Positions 17,028-23,826 of a DNA stretch of 27,828 nucleotides are shown in pieces. A model generated the notes under the pieces. The model saw only the letters and a program-made list of their open reading frames with translations, did not search any database and was not told the DNA's origin. Position numbers and translations under genes: made by a program. Source of the DNA: Thermoanaerobaculia bacterium (GTDB taxonomy: Bacteria > Acidobacteriota > Thermoanaerobaculia > UBA5066 > Gp7-AA6); assembly GCA_036518075.1 (NCBI GenBank), contig DATDNV010000478.1:1-27828 (forward strand), read 5' to 3'. Each line of letters opens with the position of its first letter. Within the stretch, counting starts at the first letter, position 1.

Positions 17028-18038
17028 ATGAAAAAGCGGGACTACTACGAGGTCCTGGGGGTCTCCAAAGGGGCTTCCGAAGCGGATTTGAAAAAAGCGT
17101 ACCGGCGGCTCGCCCGGAAGCTCCATCCGGACGTCAATCCGGGCGACAAGAACGCCCAAAAAAAGTTCCAGGAAGCCCAGGAAGCCTATGACGTTCTGAA
17201 AGATACGGAGAAGCGGCGAGCCTACGACCGGTTCGGACACGCGGGCCCGACGACCGGTTTTGACCCCTCGGCAGGGGGATTTTCGGGGCAGGGACGGGGT
17301 TTCTCGGGCGCGAACCCGTTCGAGGCCTATTCGTTCGAGGGAGCGGATCTCGGGGACATCTTCGGCGACCTCTTCGGACGCGCGCGCCGAGCCCAGACCG
17401 GGCCGGAACGAGGCGAGGACAGCGCCGGCACGATCGAGATCCCGTTCCGAGACGCGGTGCTGGGCGGAACCGCTTCGCTCTCTCTTCGGCGCGAAAAGGA
17501 GTGTCCGCGTTGCTCGGGCACGGGTCGTGTTGGCCGGGATCCGTGTCCCGAGTGCGGCGGCGCGGGCACGGTCGTCGAGTCCGAGTCAGTCCGCATTCGG
17601 ATTCCCGAGGGCACCGAAGACGGCGCCCGCATTCGCGTTCCGGGCAAGGGTGGCAAAGGCGCGCGCGGCGGCGCGGCCGGAGATCTCTTCGTCACCGTGC
17701 GTGTGACGCCCCATCCCTACTTCGAACGGCGGGGCGACGACATTGCGGGAGTCGTCCCGATCACCGTCAAAGAGGCCTATTCCGGCGCGGAGATCGAAGT
17801 GCCGACGATTCACGGAGTCGTGCACGCCAAGATCCCGCCCGGCACCCAGGGCCGCCAGCGTTTTCGGCTGCGCGGGAAGGGAGCCAAGAATCCGCGCACC
17901 GGCCAGCCGGGAGATCACATCTATACGGTGCGCATCATGATCCCGAAGGCGCAGACTCCGGCGGGGGTCGATGCCGCGACGCTTCTCGAGTCGCTCTACG
18001 AGGGAGACGTGCGCAAAGATCTGCCGAAGGGACTCTGA
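17028..18038 (+). CDS. DnaJ-class co-chaperone (J domain, G/F region, two CxxCxGxG motifs, C-terminal domain)
   Basis: Likely start MKKRDYYEVLG at 17028; HPD motif; CPRCSGTG and CPECGGAG; HPYFERRGDDI; FRLRGKG. Confidence 0.9.
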   Translation: MKKRDYYEVLGVSKGASEADLKKAYRRLARKLHPDVNPGDKNAQKKFQEAQEAYDVLKDTEKRRAYDRFGHAGPTTGFDPSAGGFSGQGRGFSGANPFEAYSFEGADLGDIFGDLFGRARRAQTGPERGEDSAGTIEIPFRDAVLGGTASLSLRREKECPRCSGTGRVGRDPCPECGGAGTVVESESVRIRIPEGTEDGARIRVPGKGGKGARGGAAGDLFVTVRVTPHPYFERRGDDIAGVVPITVKEAYSGAEIEVPTIHGVVHAKIPPGTQGRQRFRLRGKGAKNPRTGQPGDHIYTVRIMIPKAQTPAGVDAATLLESLYEGDVRKDLPKGL

Positions 18039-18158
18039 GACGTTATATCAGATTCGATATAAGAGAAGCGGCCAGAGTCCTGCTGCGTGAAGGAGTCCGG
18101 CCTGCCTCGTGAGAAACGACGCTCCCCCTTTTGTCAACCCGAGCCCTCACTCTTCTTT

Positions 18159-18254
18159 GTCATCCCGAGCGAAGCGAGGGATCTGCTTTCATCGCTTCGA
18201 GTCGCGGCATAAACGCGAGAGCAGATTCCTCGTCGCTACGCTCCTCGGAATGAC
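18159..18254. mobile_element. Non-coding palindromic miniature element (REP/MITE-like), copy 2
   Basis: gtcatcccgagcgaagcgaggga...ttcctcgtcgctacgctcctcggaatgac; same ends as 7315-7492 with a different, shorter (44 nt) interior. Confidence 0.75.
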
Positions 18255-18377
18255 ACTAACAGGGGCTCCTCGCAATGACAGGAAACGGACGACCTCGCAA
18301 TGACAGGAAACGGACGACCTCGCAATGACAGGAAACGGACGCCTCGCAATGACTGGAAACGGGCTCCTCGCAATGAC
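18243..18377 (+). repeat. Tandem array of 24-25 bp units carrying the element end CCTCG(C/G)AATGAC (6 copies)
   Basis: Core motif starts at 18243, 18268, 18293, 18318, 18342 and 18366. Linkers: actaacaggggct, aggaaacggacga (x2), aggaaacggacg, tggaaacgggct. Confidence 0.9.
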
Positions 18378-18421
18378 AAGGAGGAAGGGAGAGCTGAAAC
18401 CCGACCCGCGGAAGCGGAGAG

Positions 18422-19498
18422 CTAGTTCTTCGTCGCCATGTCTTCGATCAGGCGGATGGCCTTGTCGTAAGGCATGGCGTCGGTGAGCGGGATCGAGCTC
18501 GTGGCCGACCAGGCGGTGCCGGCGAAGCGCATGAAGTAGAGAGAAGTGCCGTCCTGCCACGAGATCGTCGGGTTGTAGTTGGGACCGATGAACGTCGTGA
18601 CGCTCTCGGGGCTCTCGAACGGAGTCGGCATGCCGATGCCGCCGCGGAAGGCGATGCCGACGATCGGCTCGCGGCGGCGAAGGTAGGTCGGATTGCTGAC
18701 GTTGGGCCGGCCGAGATCGGTCGGGAACGAAACGCGAACGACGAAGTGCTGGCGCGACACCAGGTCGACGAAGCTGGCGAGTACGGCGCCGGCGGGTCCC
18801 TCGTAACGCAGCGCCGGGTAGAAGTAGACGCTCGACGTCACGCCGTCGTAGGAAGACGCTCCGGAGCTGCCGACGAGCGTCGGCAGGTCGTAGACCGCGA
18901 TATCGCTCTGCTGGACGTTCTCGTCGAGGAAGATCGGGCAGTAGCGGGCCTGGCGCTGGTTCGCTTCCTCCCACCAGATCACCGACAGGAGCGACTTGTA
19001 CTGGTACTGATCGTTGCCGTTGGAGTCGAGCAGATGGACCCAGTAGTGGGTCAGGAGCATCTGCGGATTGAATGCGTGCGCAAAGCCGAGGTTGGGAAGC
19101 AGATCGTTGCTCGTCCACGTCCCGTTTCGAAGGACCGAGATGTGCAGGACGTTGATGACGGTGATCTCTTCCTTCCAGAGAAGGACGAGCGAGCCGCTCG
19201 GATCGTCGTACGCGAGGTCGAGATTGCGCTTGAGGCTGGTTCCGATCGAGCCCGGGATGATCGCGCCGCTCGTCGAGCCGTCCTGACGCTGAGCCGACCA
19301 GGCCATCGCGTACTGTGACGCCATGACGTCGGCGCTGACGATCCCGAGCTCTTCGGCGGTTCCGGCGCTCACCGTGTAGAGCGTGCCGTCGGTCGCGAGC
19401 AGCGACTTCTGCTCGAGCGCGCGCGCCGTCCCCGCGGCGCCCATCAGGGCCGCCAGGACGATCAGTGTGCGGAGCCAGCGCGCTTTCATTCGCCTCAT
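18422..19498 (-). CDS. Secreted hypothetical protein, beta-rich (possibly propeller-like)
   Basis: Signal peptide MRRMKARWLRTLIVLAALMGAAGTARA; start overlaps the TPR gene stop (ATGA); no recognised motif. Confidence 0.75.
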   Translation of the reverse strand: MRRMKARWLRTLIVLAALMGAAGTARALEQKSLLATDGTLYTVSAGTAEELGIVSADVMASQYAMAWSAQRQDGSTSGAIIPGSIGTSLKRNLDLAYDDPSGSLVLLWKEEITVINVLHISVLRNGTWTSNDLLPNLGFAHAFNPQMLLTHYWVHLLDSNGNDQYQYKSLLSVIWWEEANQRQARYCPIFLDENVQQSDIAVYDLPTLVGSSGASSYDGVTSSVYFYPALRYEGPAGAVLASFVDLVSRQHFVVRVSFPTDLGRPNVSNPTYLRRREPIVGIAFRGGIGMPTPFESPESVTTFIGPNYNPTISWQDGTSLYFMRFAGTAWSATSSIPLTDAMPYDKAIRLIEDMATKN

Positions 19499-20397
19499 GC
19501 CCTCAGGTTGATGACGTCCATCAGGCTGATCTGCTGGAGATAGTTCTTCAGCATCGGGAAATTCGGATAAAAGTCGGCCAGCGCCTCGTAGTGGACGTCC
19601 GCGTCCGGCTCCCGCTTCAGCTCGGAGTAGATCTCGGCGAGGAGATAGTGAGAGTTCTTCACGACGTCGGTCCGCCGGAACTGCTCGCCGAGCTCGAGGG
19701 CGCGCAGTCCCCAGGTCTCCGCCGCGGGGAGCTTCTCGAGCTTCACGTTGGCGAAGCAGAGGTCGAGGCAGGGATAGTCGAGAGCCTGCTTCGCGCCGAG
19801 CTTCTCGAAGAGCTCGACCGCGCGGCAGACGAGCGGCACTCCCTGGTCGACCTGGTCGAGCGCGATGTGGCAGTAGCCGAGGTTGTCGGAGTAGAGCGCG
19901 GCTCGATGGGAGTTTCCTTCGCCTCTGTCCTCGAGCCGCTCGAGCGCCTCGTGGAAGAGCGCGCGCGCCGACTCGAACTGGCTTTCATGGAGCTCGAGAT
20001 TCCCGAGCTGATTGAGGCCGCGCTCGACGCCTTCGGCGATTCCGAGCTCACGGCTCTTCTGCAGCCCCATGTCGGCATAGAAGCGCGCCTTGGCGTACTC
20101 GTTGCGCGCCTCGTGCGCGTTCGCGCTGACCTGCGCCGCCAGGACTCCGTTGTAGCTCGATGGATTTCGCAGGAGGATTTCCTTCAACCGCGAGAGGTCG
20201 AAATCCTGCCGGTCCATTTCGATCAGAGTCGTGGCGCGGTTGCACGTGAAGAGGTCTTCGAGGTCGCGGTCTTTCCAGGTGCGGGCGAGCGCGAGCCCGT
20301 CTTCGTAGAGGGTCAGCGCCCGGTCGTAGTCGCCTGCCCAGAGAGCGTCCTTCGCCGTCTTGCGCAGAAACTCCAGATGTTTGCGGCGTTCGCTCAT
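19495..20397 (-). CDS. Tetratricopeptide-repeat (TPR) protein, cytoplasmic
   Basis: Repeated helix pairs (YDRALTLYEDGLALA, YAKARFYADMGL, LNQLGNLELHESQFESARALFHEAL, SDNLGYCHIAL); no signal peptide. Confidence 0.85.
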   Translation of the reverse strand: MSERRKHLEFLRKTAKDALWAGDYDRALTLYEDGLALARTWKDRDLEDLFTCNRATTLIEMDRQDFDLSRLKEILLRNPSSYNGVLAAQVSANAHEARNEYAKARFYADMGLQKSRELGIAEGVERGLNQLGNLELHESQFESARALFHEALERLEDRGEGNSHRAALYSDNLGYCHIALDQVDQGVPLVCRAVELFEKLGAKQALDYPCLDLCFANVKLEKLPAAETWGLRALELGEQFRRTDVVKNSHYLLAEIYSELKREPDADVHYEALADFYPNFPMLKNYLQQISLMDVINLRA

Positions 20398-20419
20398 GGA
20401 ACTCCAGACAAGTCAGACG

Positions 20420-20447
20420 ATTCTACGGTGTTTCCTCACTGGTTCAA
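20420..20447 (-). promoter_or_regulatory. Possible internal sigma70-type promoter for the TPR gene
   Basis: Minus strand TTGAAC-16 nt-TAGAAT overlapping the XRE stop; GGAG SD before ATG 20397. Confidence 0.45.
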
Positions 20448-20843
20448 GGGCTTTTCTTCGTCCGGGTTGAGCGGGGAATCCGAGTCAGCGGGGGCTTCCG
20501 GTTGACTCTCCTGCAACTTCTTGAACAGCAGGAAATCGCGAACCTCTTTGCGCGCCTCGTCCGAGAGGCTGCGAAAGTCGTCCAGCACCTGGCGAGCCTC
20601 TTCGGTTGCGGGCTCCTCGGTCTCGCCGAAGAACTCGCCCATCTTGAGGTCGAAGACCTGAAGGATCTTGAACAGGGTGTCGAGTCCGACTTTGTATTCT
20701 CCCTGCTCCATTCGGGACAAATCGGACTGAGCGACGCCGATTTTTTCCGACAGCTCCATCTGGGTCAGGCGTCGGCCTTTGCGCAGCTCCCGGATTCGGG
20801 AGCCGACCAGATGAATTTTTCGGGTCGAATGGCTGGAAGACAT
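20436..20843 (-). CDS. XRE/Cro-family HTH transcriptional regulator
   Basis: VGSRIRELRKGRRLTQMELSEKIGVAQSDLSRMEQGEYKVGLDTLFKILQVF. Confidence 0.92.
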   Translation of the reverse strand: MSSSHSTRKIHLVGSRIRELRKGRRLTQMELSEKIGVAQSDLSRMEQGEYKVGLDTLFKILQVFDLKMGEFFGETEEPATEEARQVLDDFRSLSDEARKEVRDFLLFKKLQESQPEAPADSDSPLNPDEEKPLNQ

Positions 20844-20868
20844 GGATAGCCTTGTTCTGATAATGCTA

Positions 20869-20896
20869 TTGCAGCATCAAAACGGCTCAGTATAAG
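20869..20896 (+). promoter_or_regulatory. Possible sigma70-type promoter for the wzm-like gene with an overlapping palindrome
   Basis: TTGCAG-16 nt-TATAAG; ATGCT-attgc-AGCAT (20863-20877) overlaps the -35 box. Confidence 0.45.
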
Positions 20897-20912
20897 CTCT
20901 CGCGGGCCGCGT

Positions 20913-21701
20913 ATGTCAAGGAGGAAAAACGGTTGGGCCTCTCAGGCCTTTCTTTTGAAGGAGATGGTGGTCCGGGACGTGGCCTCCCGGTTCGCCGGTT
21001 CGGGCCTGGGGATCCTTTGGGCCTTTGCTCTTCCGATCCTCTGGATGGCGGTCTACACGATCGTCTTTTCGGTCATTCTCCGAGTTCCGACGCCGGAAGG
21101 GTTCGCCAGCTTTCCCGAGTTCCTGATGGCGGGGCTGCTCCCGTGGATCGCAATCCAGGAAGGCATCTCTCGATCCGCGTCCGCGCTGACCGATAACGCT
21201 TCGCTCGTAAAGAAGACCGTTTTTCCCGTCGAGCTTCTGGTTCTGTCCGTCGTCCTGGCGGCCGTCGTCAATGAGGTGATCGCTCTCGTCGTTTACGCGA
21301 TCTACGTTGCGCTCGTCGGCCATCTTTCCCTTCCGTGGCTTCTGCTCCTGATCCCGGCTCTCCTTCTTCAGGTCACGCTGACGTTCGGGATCGGGTGCAT
21401 CGCCGCGACAGTCACCGCCTTCATGCGCGATGCGGTGCACGTGATCGGAATTCTCCTGACCGTCGTTCTCTACGCGACGCCGATCGTCTATCCCGCGTCG
21501 CTCGTGCCGGCGAGGCTGCGCTGGATCCTGGCCGCGAACCCCGCCGCGCATCTGGTCGAGTGGTACCGGCGCGCGTTTACTCTGCATCGCGCGCCCGAGC
21601 CGTCTTCGATTCTGTTTCTCATCGCCGTCTCGGGGGCGTCGGCTCTCGTTGGCGTCGGACTCTTCATGCGCGCCCGGCCGCATTTCGCGGATGTCGTCTG
21701 A
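20913..21701 (+). CDS. wzm: ABC-2 type polysaccharide/glycan export permease (Wzm/TagG family)
   Basis: LLKEMVVRDVASRFAGSGLGILWAF..P, LVKKTVFP, FMRD, LYATPIVYP and NP..HLVEWYR; about 6 TM helices. Confidence 0.88.
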   Translation: MSRRKNGWASQAFLLKEMVVRDVASRFAGSGLGILWAFALPILWMAVYTIVFSVILRVPTPEGFASFPEFLMAGLLPWIAIQEGISRSASALTDNASLVKKTVFPVELLVLSVVLAAVVNEVIALVVYAIYVALVGHLSLPWLLLLIPALLLQVTLTFGIGCIAATVTAFMRDAVHVIGILLTVVLYATPIVYPASLVPARLRWILAANPAAHLVEWYRRAFTLHRAPEPSSILFLIAVSGASALVGVGLFMRARPHFADVV

Positions 21702-21915
21702 CTGTCGCGAAAAGGGAAAGACCTTTTCGGTGCGATCGGCACGCACCGGGCGTCGTCGGCCGCGACTCGGCCGAAGGACGGGACATCCGGCAGGTCCGCC
21801 GCCGAGCGTTGAGGACGCCGTGACCGCGGAATCCGGCTCTTCGTCTCACTTTGCTGGAAGAACCCGGGCCACTCGCGAGTTACGCCAGCCGGTAACCGCA
21901 AAAGGAGGATTCTCG

Positions 21916-23550
21916 ATGTTCCGTCGCCTCGAATTGCTCCTGGGCGTCGCTGCCATCGGCCTGGCGGCGCAGGCCTGTTCGTCCTCCGCGAGCCCTTCGG
22001 CTTCGGCGCCTCCGAAGACACCGACGCCCGGTCTGTATAGCCGTTTGAATCCGGACATCGTCGAAGAGACGGCGACCTCCTACGTGCAGCGCTTCAAGAA
22101 GGACAGCGTCATGAAGGTCGACGACAAGCACATCCGAAATCCGATCATCGGCCCCAAGCTAGAGATCTACAAAGAAGACGAGGAGTACTACTACGTCTAC
22201 GTTTCCAAGCCGATGACCAAGGAGGAACGAGACGCGAGACAGCAGGCGGCGGCTGTGGGCAAGAGCGTCGAGGAACAGGCGGCGGAGGCGGATCAGTCCG
22301 GAACCGTGAAGGCGGCCGGGCCGCCGGCTTCCGAGCTCCAGGACCTGACTCCCAAGCGCTTGAAAGGCCGCCTGAAGCTCGAGCTGGAGCCGCGATCCGG
22401 CCTTCCGCCGAGCGGACAGTGGCGCGCCAATTTCGCCGTCGCCGACATGAACGGCGACGGGATCCCCGACATCGTCTCGGGTCCCTTTCGGGGAGGCGAC
22501 ACATCGCTTCACGTCTGGCTCGGCGACGGACAGGGCCACTTCACACCGTGGCATCTGAGTTTTTACGATGAGAAGGGCAAGACTGCCGGAACGGCAGGCC
22601 TCGTCTACGGCGGGGTCGCGGTCGGCGACATCGACGGCGACGGAAAGATGGACGTGGTTTCCGCCGGCCACGCGGGAGGACTGGTTTCTCTCTTCGGAGA
22701 CGGAAAAGGAAATTTTCGCGTCGTGCACGCGGGGCTGCCCCGAAAGGATTTCTCCTCGCAGGGAGTGGCGCTCGTCGACGCGGACGGCGATGGAAAGCTC
22801 GATATCGTCGCTTCGAAAGATGGCGCCGAAGAAACTCCCGGCGTCGACAGAGCCCAGGTCCGCGTCTACCTCTACCGCGGCGCGAAGGGCTGGGAGCTCA
22901 GACACGAGGGAATCGTCGGAGGGTTCTCCTCGAATTCGGTGACGGCCTGGGATTTCGACGGCGACGGAAAGAAGGACGTTCTCACCGGGAGCATCCAGCA
23001 CGGCGCCCTCACGCTGCTCTGGAAGAACAATGGAGACGGCACCTTCGCTCCGACCATGTTCGAGCCGTTCGACGGGTATTCGTACCACCTGGTCACGGCG
23101 CCGGGCACGTTCGGCAAGAATCGGGACGCCGCGTTCGCGGATCTCTACCGCAAGGGCCAGGGCGGAGCGAAGCCTGCCGTCGCTTCGGGCATCAGCGTCG
23201 ACAGCTACCATGCGGGAACCTGGAGCCTTCACCGCGTGTGGATCAAGCGAAGCTCGAACGCCGCGATCTTCGCCGTCGCGATGGGAGACCTCGACGGCGA
23301 CGGGCTCGACGACGTCGTCTTTCCCGACACGGAGGAGCACAAGATCCGCGTCTTCTTTCAGCAGCCGGACGGAAGCTTCGCCGAGGCGGACGCGAGCGAG
23401 GAGCCGGCGCTCCCATCCACGGCATCGTGCGTTCGCGTCGCGGACTTGAACGGAGATGGAAGGCCGGACCTCGTCGTCGAGATGACGACGGCAAGCTCGC
23501 GGCCCGATGAACGCGGAGGCTGGGCGGTCTACCTCAACCGGGGAAAATAG
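21916..23550 (+). CDS. FG-GAP/VCBS-repeat (integrin-alpha-like beta-propeller) probable lipoprotein
   Basis: SD AAAGGAGG before ATG 21916; signal ...GLAAQA-C followed by a Ser/Pro linker. Ca-binding loops DMNGDGIPD, DIDGDGKMD, DADGDGKLD, DFDGDGKKD, DLDGDGLDD and DLNGDGRPD. Confidence 0.85.
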   Translation: MFRRLELLLGVAAIGLAAQACSSSASPSASAPPKTPTPGLYSRLNPDIVEETATSYVQRFKKDSVMKVDDKHIRNPIIGPKLEIYKEDEEYYYVYVSKPMTKEERDARQQAAAVGKSVEEQAAEADQSGTVKAAGPPASELQDLTPKRLKGRLKLELEPRSGLPPSGQWRANFAVADMNGDGIPDIVSGPFRGGDTSLHVWLGDGQGHFTPWHLSFYDEKGKTAGTAGLVYGGVAVGDIDGDGKMDVVSAGHAGGLVSLFGDGKGNFRVVHAGLPRKDFSSQGVALVDADGDGKLDIVASKDGAEETPGVDRAQVRVYLYRGAKGWELRHEGIVGGFSSNSVTAWDFDGDGKKDVLTGSIQHGALTLLWKNNGDGTFAPTMFEPFDGYSYHLVTAPGTFGKNRDAAFADLYRKGQGGAKPAVASGISVDSYHAGTWSLHRVWIKRSSNAAIFAVAMGDLDGDGLDDVVFPDTEEHKIRVFFQQPDGSFAEADASEEPALPSTASCVRVADLNGDGRPDLVVEMTTASSRPDERGGWAVYLNRGK

Positions 23551-23826
23551 GCGAAACTAAAGAAAGCAGATCCAAACCGTTCCAGCCTAAAGGCTTTGCC
23601 TCATTTTGATGATCCGGAAGCATATTTTTCGCTTTTTTCTCTTGACAGGTGGCCTCCGGAGGCCTGAACATCCGCAAAGCTTTTAAAGACAATGAGGTTC
23701 CAGTAGTACCCCAACTCGAAAAAACTTTTTGGAAAGAAATCAAAAGTACGGGAGGTGATGGGATCGCGCGAAGGAGGGAATCTCAAGCGTGTGTTTATTT
23801 GCATTGAACGTAATGAGGAGATCTCA

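Noticed and set aside
18189-18303. ORFs crossing the repeat region (18109..18303+, 18189..19118-)
   Set aside because: They are translations of the palindromic element and array (SSRAKRG.., APRND..), typical spurious repeat-derived peptides.
18243-18377. CRISPR or guide-RNA array interpretation of the 25-bp array
   Set aside because: The constant part is only 12 bp, the linkers are 12-13 bp and largely identical to each other, and there are no cas or other effector genes in the window.
21702-21915. Cobalamin or c-di-GMP riboswitch (AGGGAA...CGGTG; gccagccggtaacc)
   Set aside because: The B12-box GCCACTG and the c-di-GMP-I GCAAA/GACGCAAA core are absent. Kept only as a generic structured-leader candidate.
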